Source of the DNA: an uncultured Actinomycetes bacterium
GTDB taxonomy: Bacteria; Actinomycetota; Thermoleophilia; Gaiellales; Gaiellaceae
Reading direction: 5' to 3'
NCBI GenBank assembly: GCA_963761665.1
Contig: CAVXHM010000005.1
Coordinates: 135,773-199,772 of the forward strand
DNA: 64,000 nt
In this document: piece by piece, positions 41,401 through 49,860 of the stretch
Layout of the letters: each line of letters begins with the position of its first letter
How positions within the stretch are numbered: the stretch's first letter is position 1
The notes under the pieces: model-generated
What the model saw: the letters and a program-made list of their open reading frames with translations, nothing else
What the model was told of the DNA's origin: nothing
Databases searched by the model: none
Made by a program: the position numbers and the translations under genes

Positions 41401-44400
41401 GTTGTAGCCCGAGACGCCGGAGTCGGCGTCGGTGGCGCCGGAGGCCGTGGCGGTGAAGCCGCCTACCGCGCCGCCCTTGAAGTACACCGTCGAGCCGGCG
41501 CCCGGGTAGTAGGCGTTGCTCAGGCCGCTGAAGGTGAAGCCGGTCGGCGCGCTCGGGGCCGTCGTATCCACCATCACCGTCGTCGAGATGGAGGCGGCGT
41601 TGCCGACGTTATCGGTGCCGGTGAGCGTGAGCAGGTAGCAGTGGGCGGTGGCGACGGTCTGGCTGGTGGTGCCGGTGATGGTGGCGGGTGCGCCGTAGGC
41701 CGAGCAGCTGTTGCCGGAGAGGGTTCCGGTCTGCATGGTGAGCGTCGAACTGGCGAGGCCGGAGCCGCCGTCGGTGTAGTCGGTGCGGCTGTTGATCGTC
41801 AGCGTCGTGCCGCTGTTGATGTAGCTCGTCGTGCCCGCGCCCGACGCCGCGACGGTGTTGGCGGTGAGCGCGCCGCCGGCAGGAGCCGTCCCGTCGGACT
41901 GCGCCGTGAAGGTCGTGGCGGAGCTGGCCAGGCCCGCGTTGTTCGACGCCGTGACCGAGGAGGTGCCCGTCGGGGAGGCGGCAGTGAAGGTGAACGCGCC
42001 GGCGACGTTGGCCCAGCCGGTGCCCGCGATCGCGCCGTACGTGTAGCCGGAGATGCCGGTGTCAGCGTCGGCCGAGCCGCTCGCGGTGGCGGTGAAGCCG
42101 CCGGCTGCGCCGGCCTTCGTGTAGATGATCGTGCCCGAGCCGGGGTAGTAGCTGCTCGTCAGCGCCGAGAAGGTGAATCCGGTCGGCGCGCTCGGCGCGG
42201 TCGTATCCACCTTCACCGTCGTGCTGACCGTGGGAGCGACGTTGCCGACGTTGTCGGTGCCGGTCAGCGTCAGCAGGTAGCAGTGGCCGCTCGCGACGGT
42301 CTGCGAGGTGGTGCCGGTGATCGTCGCGGGGGCGCCGTACGCGCTGCAGGCGTTGCCCGAGAGCGTCCCGGTCGCCATCGTCAGCGTCGAGCTCGCGACG
42401 CCCGAGCCGCCGTCGGTGAAGTCGGTGCGGCTGTTGATCGTCAGCGTCGTGCCGCTGTTCAGATAGCTGGAGCTGCCGCCGCCGCTGGCCGCAACGCTGT
42501 TCGCGGTGAACGCGCCGCCACTCGGAGCCGTCGAGTCCGCGGAGGTCGTCCACGTGCCGTTGGCGGAGGTGAGCCCGACGTTGTTCGTCGCCGTGACGTT
42601 CTGCGCGCCCGGAGTGGCCGCGCCGGTCGTATACGAATACGTGCGCGTCGCCCCGGAGCCCGACACGGCCCAGTTCGTCCCCATCGAGCCGGCCGTCGGG
42701 AACGTGTAGCTCGCGATGCCGGTGTCGGCGTCGGTCGAGCTGGCGGTGATGTCGAAGGTGCCCGTGGCGGCGCCCGGCCGGAACCAGACGGTCGAGCCGG
42801 CGCCGGAGTAGTACGCCCCGCCGCCGAGGTTCGCGAAGGCAAAGGTCGGCGCGCTCGGCGCGGTGGTGTCGACCTTCACCGTGGTGCTGAGGGTGGGGGC
42901 GACGTTGTTGACGTTGTCGGTGCCGGTCAGCGTAAGGAGATAGCAGTTGCCGCTCGCAACCGTCTGCGAGGTCGTACCGGTGATCGTCGTCGCGCTCCCG
43001 AACGCGCCGCAGGTGTTGCCGGTCAACGACGCCGACTGGATCGTGAGCGTCGAGGAGCGGATCCCGGAGCCGGCATCCGTGAAGTCGGTGCGGCTGTTGA
43101 TGGTGAGCGTGGTGCCGCTGGTGATCGTGCTCGAGCTGCCGGCGCCGGTCGTCGCGGCGACGCTGTTGGCGGTGAACGCGCCGCCGGTCGGCGCGGTCGT
43201 GTCGGCGACGTAGTTGAGGATGACGGAGCTCGTGTTTCCGGCAGCGTCCGCGGCCAGCAGCGTCTCGGGCCCGGGCGCCGTCGTCGCCGACGTCGTCCAC
43301 GCGTACGACGGCGACTGCCACGGCGATCCGGTCGCGACGGCGCCGGCGCCGGTAAAGCCCACCGGCAGTACGCGCGCCGCGTACTGAGCGGTGACCTGCG
43401 CCGCGCTGAGCACGCTCGAATAGACCGAGACGTCGTCGATCGATCCGTTGAAGTACTTGCCGCCGTTCGACGCGTCGTCCACCGGCACGGCGACGCCCAC
43501 GTTGAACCCCTGCGCCCCCGGCGCCACCGTGTTGAGCGGAGTCGTCGGGGTCTGCGAGCCGAGGCTGGTGCCGTCGAGATACACGGTCATCGAGTTCGTC
43601 GAGCCGTTGTAGGTCTCGACCGCCTCATGCCAGTTCCCGTCCTCGACGTTGGAGGTGACCGGCGTCGTACTGAAGGTCAGGTCCTCGCCGCCGCCCCAGC
43701 CCCAGGTCATGAGCTGGTTCGCGCTCAGGACGAAGAGGCCGAAGTTCTGGCCGGCCGAGCAGCCGCTGACGCCGCTCGTACACCCGTAGCTCGTCAGCGC
43801 CTGCTGCCCGGTCGTCGTCGTCTTGAACCAGGCCGAGACCGACCGGCTCGCGGTGCCGCTCGGGATCCCGATGGGATTCGCCCCGACGACCTTGCCGTTG
43901 CTCGCAGCGGTGAACGTGATCGCCGGGTCCGTATCGGTCGAGAAGGCACCCGGCGTCGTATTACGCGTGTAGCCGCCGCTGGCGACGCCGGTGTTGCCGT
44001 TGCCGGACGAGTCGGCGACCGTCGTGCCGGCCGTCTCGCTGAAGCGCCAGAATAGCACCGGGCTCTGGGTCATGGCCGTGTTTGCGGTGGTGCCGATCCC
44101 GGGGAAGATCGTCGAGCCGAGTCCGCTGCCGCTGTCGCTGGAGGCCGAGCCGTCGACCTTGAAATCGCCGGCGACCGTCGGGTTGTAGTACAGCGTGTCG
44201 GAGCCCGAGTTGTAGAACTGGTCGAGGGGATTCGTGCCGGGAACGATGGTGAACGACGCCGTCGGCGCAGTCGTGTCGTACAAGAACGTCTTCGAGGCGA
44301 CTGCCGATGCGTTCTCCGCGTAGTCCGCCGTCTGCGTGTGGATCGTGTAGCTGTCCCCGTTGGTGAGGTTCGTGTTCGGGAAGGTGTAGCTCCACGTGGC

Positions 44401-47211
44401 TGCCGAGCCCGGCGTCGCCGTCGTGGGACCGGAGGTCGGGTTGAAGTACACCTCGGGTCCGGCGGCGGCACCCCAGGCGGCTCCGCTCCAGTACTTGTTC
44501 GCCGTGTCGTCGTGGATCGAGAGCTGGGTGACCCCGGCGGTGACGTCGATGCCCGATCCGCCCGTCTCGTCGGTGGCGCTGCCCGTGATCGCTCCCGCCC
44601 AGCCGGTCGCGTTGTAGGCCGCATTGGCCGGATACGTCACGGCGGCGGTCGGCGCGGTGACGTCGAGCTTGTACGCGACGGTGACGGCTGCCCACTGTCC
44701 GGACGTGACGGCGCCGCCGCAGATCTGGGCGCCCGTCGCGTTGACGTTCTTGTACACGGCCTCCGCCTGCATCGTCCCGACGGTTCCGAGCAGGCCCGTG
44801 GCGGAGCACGAGTTGTTCCCGCCGTTCACGGTCACCGTGCCGCTGGCGAGGCCTCCGACGACCAGGTCGCTGGCCTGGGAGGTCGCTCCCGTGGTCGCGG
44901 TCGCGCTCGCCGTATTGCCCGTGCTCGACCCGACGGTGCCATCGACCGGGCTTGAGGTGAGCACGCCGCGGAAGGCGTACACGGTCGCCACCTTCAGAGC
45001 GGTCGACGTTACGGGGAACGTGACCGTGATCGTGTTGCCACTGGCCAGAGCCTGGGTAACAGGCGCCCGCAGGAGTGCGGCGTGCTTCGTTCCCGTCGCG
45101 TTATTCGATCCCGCGTCCTGTGTATAGGTGTTGTGGGTCGCAAGGTTGTCCGTCGCGGAGATGGCCGTGGCCGAGCTGGCGTTCTGCGCGGCGACGATGA
45201 AGAGCGTGCTGTTGACGGGGACGTTGTCGGTCAGGGTGACCGTGACCGTGTTCGCGTTCGCCACGGACGTGTTCGAGGCGATCGGCGCCGGCCCGAACGC
45301 GTAGGTGGCGAGCGCCGCGCCGTAGTGGGAGTTCGCCGAGAGGGTCGCGGTGCACGACGTCGTTCCCGTCGCCGTGAGTTGGTTGTAGAACGGCTGGAGT
45401 CCGATACCGGTGGCCGTCGTCTGCGTGGCTGCAGTCGGGCAGCTCGGGCTGTTGAACGTCCTGGCATTGCTGTTGACCGCTCCTGCGGCGACCACGAACT
45501 CGTACGGGCTCGTCGTCGCCGCGGTCGTGCCGGTGGTGAACGCCGTCGTATTCGCCGCCGATCCGTTTGTGACGGTCTTGTCCACCTGGGCTGCGGAGCC
45601 CTGCACGTAGAAGGCGGAGACAGCGCGCGCTGCGGTCGCGGCGCTTGTCGTGACGGTGATCGTCTTGCCGCTCGCCATCGGCTGGGTGACGGGCGCGCTC
45701 ATGATCACCGTCGTCTGGCCCGTGTTGTCCTGCACGTCCTGGGTGTAGGTCTCGTGCGTCGCCAGGTTGTCGGTGGCGGTCCAGGCGCCGGCGGTCGTCG
45801 TGCTCATCGACCCGACGATGAAGATCGTGCTGCCCACCGGCACGGCCACGCCGGACGTGATCGTGAGGGTTGTCGTCGTGCTGCTGGCGGAGCTGGCGCT
45901 TCCGATCGCGACAGGACCGGGCGAGGCGATCGCCGCCTGGTACGGACCGACGTACGGTCCGCCCGCCGCCCGGCCGGAGATGCCGGCCGGAACGACCTCC
46001 GCCGTATTCGTGTCGCTTAACGCGCGCGCGAGGTCGAGACGGCCGTTGCCGGTCTGGGGCTTCGTGCCCGCCTTGTGCGCGCTGCGGGCGAGCCGGCCGA
46101 TCACGATCGAGTTCGTGGACTTCTTGTCGTTGCCGAGCAGCAGTGCCGCGCCGCCCGCGACGAGTGCTGCCGACGCGGAGGTACCGGTGACCATCGTCGT
46201 TCCGCCGCCCGGCGCGTCCGCGACGATGTTCACACCCGGTGCGGCGATGAACGTGTCGGCGCCGTAGTTGCTTCCCGACCAGAGACGATCGAGCGGATCG
46301 GTCGCCGACACGCCGACGACATGCGCGTCGCCGGCCGGGTACGTCGGCGTGCTCGAGCCGTGGTTGCCGGTCGCCGCGACGACGACTGCGCCCTTCGACC
46401 ACGCGTAGTCGATCGCGCGCTGAAGGTCGGGGCTGTAGCCGCTGCCGGCGAAGCTCATGAGGATGACGTTCGCGTGATGGTCCGCGGCCCACACGAGACC
46501 CTTGATGATGTCGCTGTCCGTTCCGAGTCCGTGTGCGTCGAGCACCTGCACCGGCATGATCTTCGCGTACTGATCGACTGCGAGTGCGGTGCTCGTCATC
46601 CATGTTCCATGTCCGTTCGGATCGCTCGTCGCGCTCGAACCGGTGAATGCGCTGTAGCCGCCGACGAGGTGCGAGTGGAGATCGCGCAGACTTCCGTCGA
46701 CGCCGGTGTCGAGAATCGCGACCTTTACGTTTCTCTTCGCGGTCGCGTTGCGATACGCGGACTGCCAACCGATCCGCTGCAACGCCCACTGTCGTGAGAT
46801 CGCAGAGTTGGTTGCGCCGCCCGCGATGCTGCGGACCTCGTTCGGCGATGCACTCGCGACGTTGTGACTCGCACGCAGATGCGCGAGCAGGCGCTTCGCC
46901 TTCGACGGCGCGACGGAGATGACGGACAGACCGAGAGGAAGCGATCCGGTCGTGACCGTGCCGTAACCGGAGAGCAGTTGCTTCTGCTTCGCGCTCGACA
47001 GACCCGAGCGGAAGCGGACGGTGATCGATGCGGTCCGCGTCTTGCCGCTGTGCGGAGTGCGCACGAGCAGGTCGGACTGCGGCCAGTTCGGGAGGGCGGA
47101 CGGCGACGTGGTGTGCCGGCCCCCGCCGACGAGCAGGATGACGCCCGCGACGGCAGCGCACAGCGCAGCCATCGCGAGTACATGCAGATGCAGGTGTCGA
47201 CGTGCGGTCAC
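17498..47211 (-). CDS. giant (about 9,900 aa) secreted or cell-surface repeat protein with N-terminal S8 subtilase; frame disrupted by 8 single-base insertions
   Basis: ORFs 38716..47466 and 17498..38365 are co-linear and carry the same repeat family. The gap and the out-of-frame stretches are explained by extra bases at about 39117, 38995, 38977, 38953, 38895, 30585, 30354 and 29645, seen by comparison with sister repeats. From GTG 47211 (AGGTG 6 nt upstream) to TAA 17498, excluding the stop codon, is 29,711 nt; minus 8 this is 29,703 nt, exactly 9,901 codons. ATG 47172 is an alternative start. Confidence 0.75.
17520..17865 (-). other. C-terminal Lys/Arg-rich module with a receiver(CheY)-like sequence pattern
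   Basis: PVYVVMAGTG...ARLVAGSDMAAWNFTADKKRSPQVIVVDVDQYGVRLVHNLHLVFPMVKIIAVSSHPAQLKRAKRFGATVVLSKKSSPKKIVKAVSQLA. The beta3 VVDVD, beta4 IIAVS and beta5 LSKK spacing resembles REC domains, but the beta1 acidic pair is absent. GC content here is visibly lower than in the repeats. Confidence 0.3.
18195..18365 (-). other. PASTA-like domain
   Basis: VPSIAGLSLSAARAALLAAGFTVGDITVTGSTAPDGTVVGPVGINLAAPGSAIALQLAGS matches the PASTA pattern as I remember it (vP.l.G.s...A...L...Gl.vg.......v..G.Vv.q.P..G......g..v.l..s). Confidence 0.5.
18365..18615 (-). other. fibronectin type III-like domain
   Basis: APPSNVTASANGGNLTLYWAPGNSDPVANYVFFVDGKPVANLGGNQTQYTVGPYDPNDAHTYSIVEVDTSGATSAPATVKLVP. Confidence 0.5.
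19085..23335 (-). repeat. about 15 divergent ~95-105-aa bacterial Ig-like modules
   Basis: Modules are delimited by (I/V)DNT(P/A)P, e.g. ...WNTKTGPDAVADGQYDIRATATDWAGNVTVATPVTNVTVDNHAP. Two modules are of the type PTFGFSSSEAGSTFECSLDGAGYSACASP...GPHTFHVRATDVAGNVDPSP. The last one resembles an SbsA-type Ig domain (SVPTDGAVTTSASSIAFDTSEDVTLSGVTLDG). Confidence 0.6.
23335..32540 (-). repeat. type-B tandem coding repeat, 15 units of ~615 bp (~205 aa)
   Basis: Consensus: DTTAPTAPTGF(T/S)FSSP(S/T)HAYWPGSGSTVYFQGGGSGGFTVAASGS.D..SGVAGYTYPGLG.GWSNT.GAYTF....GTQSGSVTAQNNAGLSS.GTSFTAQ.D.(S/A)APTSSVTC.T.ACSAGWYT.SPV.I.ITGSD..AGVERIVYTTDGSAPTINGSD.VTNGTEV.....F.....GTTTVKWIAEDNVGN.SSVSSQTV.L. The ..YTTDGS.PT.. 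half resembles chitobiase/hexosaminidase C-terminal (CHB_HEX_C-like) domains. Confidence 0.8.
32540..43210 (-). repeat. type-A tandem coding repeat, about 17 units of ~640 bp (~213 aa)
   Basis: Consensus: DTTAPSAPTGFTFSGL(S/T)NAYYPG(A/S)GSTVYFKGG.AGGFTATASGS.DADTG...YNYGAIAGTGW.N.AGAYTFT.ASP(T/S)GTG.VTA.NNAGLTG.SASFTA..DSTAP.GGAFTANS.VA.GGGSSSYLNSGTTLTINSRTDYTDGGSGLASSTLTMQTGTLSGNSCSAYGAPATITGTTSQTVASGHCYLLTLTGTDNVGN.ASISTTV.V. Each unit has two conserved Cys residues. Confidence 0.85.
43375..44065 (-). other. LamG / concanavalin-A-like lectin domain (Laminin_G_3-like)
   Basis: PVLFWRFSETAGTTVADSSGNGNTGVASGG...SRSVSAWFKTTTTGQQALTSYG...NQLMTWGWGG...DGNWHEAVETYNGSTNSMTVYLDGTSLGSQ...YFNGSIDDVSVYSSVLSAAQVTAQY. 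This is the typical 'L.F.E..G....D.SG.GN.G...G' and 'F.G.iDeV.iY...Ls..qi' pattern. Confidence 0.65.
44661..45939 (-). repeat. two tandem ~205-aa Thr/Ala/Ser-rich modules of unknown family following the protease
   Basis: The paired motifs are ...PVGSTIFIVGSMSTTTAGAWTATDNLATHETYTQDVQDNTGQTTVIMSAPVTQPMASGKTITVT... and ...PVNSTLFIVAAQNASSATAISATDNLATHNTYTQDAGSNNATGTKHAALLRAPVTQALASGNTITVT... Confidence 0.55.
46011..46734 (-). other. peptidase S8 (subtilisin) catalytic domain
   Basis: Catalytic triad motifs: VAILDTGVD (Asp codon 46710-46708), NGHGTWMTS (His codon 46611-46609) and GTSASAALVAG (Ser codon 46179-46177), with oxyanion ATGNHG. It is preceded by an I9-like propeptide stretch and a TM/signal anchor (LAMAALCAAVAGVILLVGG). 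Confidence 0.85.
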
Positions 47212-47660
47212 GCCGACACCTGCACCTGGTCGAGCGGGTGCATCGCGACTGCGGCCCTTGGAGTGGCGAGCTCGGAGAGGGTCGAGACGATGCGTACTGC
47301 GGCCGGAGCGACCGCGGCAACGGCGAGCGGAACGCACAGCAGGCGAACGCCCTCGGACAGGTCCGAGGACATTCGATTGGGCCGCACGTTCGGGAAGCTC
47401 GCCATTTCCAAGTCGCGCGCATGGACGCGCGATCTCCAGTCCTGTTGATCGGCTTACAGGGCCCACTCACTGAAGGGTTTCCCGGTTAGAAAAAGGTAGG
47501 AAAGGTGACGGAGGACGAAAAGATCACCCCGTAGAGGGAGGGATAAACGCGATGTCCGCGTCAGGAGCGCGATTGCGGGTCGTTCGCGCTCGCGCCTCCG
47601 TCACACCGGATCAGCCTCGACTCGAGCGTGAGAGTCACCGATTTCGACGGAGCCCGCGCG

Positions 47661-47666
47661 TACAAT
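47661..47666 (+). promoter_or_regulatory. candidate -10 box TACAAT, 6 nt upstream of ATG 47673 (leaderless mutase mRNA)
   Basis: Sequence reads TACAAT cgcggc ATG. Confidence 0.45.
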
Positions 47667-47672
47667 CGCGGC

Positions 47673-49342
47673 ATGGCGACGACCGAAGATCCGGAAGCAG
47701 TCGGCGGCGTCGACGAGTGGCGACGTGATCGTTTCGCGTCGTCGCCGGAGCGGTCGGGCGAGTTGTTCTCGACCATGTCCGGCGTCGACAACGAGCCGCT
47801 GTACGCACCGGAGAATGTCGACGTCGAGTACGAGCGCGACCTCGGGTATCCGGGTGCGTTTCCGTTCACGCGCGGTGTGTATCCGTCGATGTACCGCGGG
47901 CGGTTGTGGACGATGCGCCAGTTCGCCGGGTTCGGCACGGCGGAGGAGACGAACGAGCGGTTCCGCTATCTGCTCGAGCACGGGCAGACGGGTCTGTCCA
48001 CGGCGTTCGACATGCCGACGCTGATGGGCTACGACTCGGACCATCCGCGCTCGTTGGGCGAGGTCGGACGCGAGGGTGTCGCGGTCGATTCGCTCGACGA
48101 CATGGAGACGTTGTTCGCGGGCATTCCGTTGGGCGACGTGTCGACGTCGATGACGATCAACTCGCCGGCTGCGATGTTGCTCGCGTTCTATGCGTGCGTC
48201 GGTGAGGAGCAGGGTGTGTCGATTGCGCAGCTGCGCGGGACCGTGCAGACGGACATCCTCAAGGAGTACATCGCGCAGAAGGAATGGATCTTTCCGCCGG
48301 AGCCGTCGTTGCGTCTCGTCGTCGACATGATCGAGTGGTGTGCGCGCGAGATGCCGTTGATGCATCCGGTGTCGATCTCCGGCTACCACATCCGCGAAGC
48401 GGGATCGACGGCGGGGCAGGAGTTGGCGTTCACGCTCGCGGACGGTTTCGCGTACGTCGACGCATGTCATGGAACGCGGGATGGACGTCGACGAGTTCGC
48501 GCCGCGGTTGTCGTTCTTCTTCAACGCGCATCTGGACTTCTTCGAGGAGATCGCGAAGTACCGTGCGGCGCGTCGCATCTGGGCGACGGCTGATGCGCGA
48601 CCGCTACGGCGCGAAGGATCCGCGTTCGCTGCTGATGCGTTTCCATACGCAGACGGCGGGTGTGTCGTTGACGGCGCAGCAGCCGGAGGTGAATCTGATC
48701 CGCACCGCGATCGAAGCGCTGGCGGCGGTGCTCGGTGGCACGCAGTCGTTGCACACGAACAGCTTCGACGAGGCGCTCGCGTTGCCGACCGAGAACGCGG
48801 TGCGGCTCGCGTTGCGCACGCAGCAGGTGATCGCGCACGAGACCGGAGTGGTGAACACGATCGATCCGCTCGGCGGCTCCTACTATCTCGAGCAGCTGAC
48901 GAACGAGCTGGAGCGACAGGCGTACGACTACTTCGACCGGATCGAGAAACTCGGCGGCGTGATCGCGGCGATCAAGGAGAACTTCTTCCAGCGCGAGATC
49001 GCCGAAGCGTCGTTCCGCTACCAGTCGGAAGTGGAGCAGGAACAGCGCGTGATCGTCGGCGTCAACCGCTACGTGCAGAGCGACGAACAGCCGCCGGAGA
49101 TCCTGCGCATCGACCCCGCGCTCGAGACGAAGCAGATCGCGCGCGTGCAGGCGCTGCGCGCACGACGCGACAGCGCCGCGGTCGAGACCGCACTCGCACG
49201 ACTCAAGGACGACGCCGCACACGCGGACCGCAACCTGATGCCGCCCATCCTCGACGCAGCACGCGCCTACACCACCATGGGCGAGATGTGCGACGCGCTC
49301 CGCGACGTGTGGGGCGTCTGGCGCGAGACGCCGGTCTTCTGA
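47673..49342 (+). CDS. B12-dependent acyl-CoA mutase, large (substrate-binding) subunit; frame disrupted near 48468 and 48587
   Basis: [10 protein letters not shown]...[61 protein letters not shown]...[17 protein letters not shown]...[32 protein letters not shown] / [39 protein letters not shown] / [68 protein letters not shown]... These three pieces lie in three consecutive frames (ORFs 47628.., 48469.., 48284..49342). Confidence 0.85.
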
Positions 49343-49345
49343 TCG

Positions 49346-49840
49346 GTGCGTTCCTTCCTCGACAAGTGGGCGTTGTGGATCGGCATCGCCGTGCTCGTCG
49401 CCGGCGTCGCCGCGTACGCCGCGACGCGCTTCGACTCCACCGGAAGCGGCAACGCCGCCGCGTCGTCGACGGTGACGCAGTCGGTGCCGGCCGACCCGCA
49501 TGCGCTCGCCGTCGCGAAGAGGTTCGTCGCCACCGCGGTCGCGCGGAAGAACCTCGTCGAGGCGTGGAACCTCGCAGCGCCGGTGATGCGGCAGAACCTC
49601 ACGCTCGCGCAATGGAAGACCGGCACGATCCCCGTGCAGCCGTATCCGGTGGGGAAGGCCGCCGCGCAGTACACCGTCGCGTCGTCGCATCCGGACAGCG
49701 CGTCGTACCGCGTCATCTTCACTCCGCCGCCGGGATCGTCGACCGCGGCCGGCGACTTCATGATCGAGCTCGACCACAGCTCGGGAAAGTGGCTCGTCTC
49801 GAGCTGGAGCCCGCGCGAGGTCGTGGGCGCGCACCAATAG
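49346..49840 (+). CDS. hypothetical membrane-anchored protein inside the mutase operon
   Basis: 164-aa ORF with an N-terminal TM segment ([19 protein letters not shown]). It sits 4 nt after the large subunit and 20 nt before the small subunit. I recognise no family. Confidence 0.5.
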   Translation: MRSFLDKWALWIGIAVLVAGVAAYAATRFDSTGSGNAAASSTVTQSVPADPHALAVAKRFVATAVARKNLVEAWNLAAPVMRQNLTLAQWKTGTIPVQPYPVGKAAAQYTVASSHPDSASYRVIFTPPPGSSTAAGDFMIELDHSSGKWLVSSWSPREVVGAHQ

Positions 49841-49847
49841 ACCGGCA

Positions 49848-49853
49848 TAGACT
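49848..49853 (+). promoter_or_regulatory. candidate -10 box TAGACT, 7 nt upstream of ATG 49861
   Basis: Sequence reads TAGACT tcgccct ATG. Confidence 0.35.
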
Positions 49854-49860
49854 TCGCCCT

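Noticed and set aside
23335-43210. Strict ~615- and ~640-bp periodicity, considered as a possible CRISPR-like, satellite or non-coding tandem array.
   Set aside because: The period is far too long and there are no short direct repeats with unique spacers. All units keep one open frame with conserved amino-acid motifs and mostly synonymous or conservative differences. They are coding repeats.
17513-44055. Very long ORFs on the plus strand and in alternative minus frames across the giant gene: 17513..27904 (3463 aa), 18951..26468, 28369..31896, 30662..34081, 36500..38908, 39100..44055 and 42062..43321.
   Set aside because: Their translations are monotonous Arg/Gly/Asp/Ala or Arg/His/Pro strings (e.g. 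GRRGRRRVDLD..., RRLHRHR...) with no domain-like patterns. They are stop-free shadows of a 70%-GC repetitive coding strand. The few sensible stretches in 28369..31896 and 29070..30017 are the true frame of the giant gene between its indels.
17498-47672. Calling the giant-gene locus a horizontally acquired genomic island or mobile element.
   Set aside because: No integrase, transposase, tRNA target, flanking direct repeats or overall compositional break was seen. Only the last ~700 bp and the upstream spacer differ in GC content. Insertion versus in-situ expansion cannot be decided from this window.
47561-49837. Minus-strand ORFs 47561..47938, 47601..48578 and 48521..49837 opposite the mutase genes.
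   Set aside because: The plus-strand frames give textbook mutase motifs, and the minus-strand translations are Arg/His-rich with no recognisable features.
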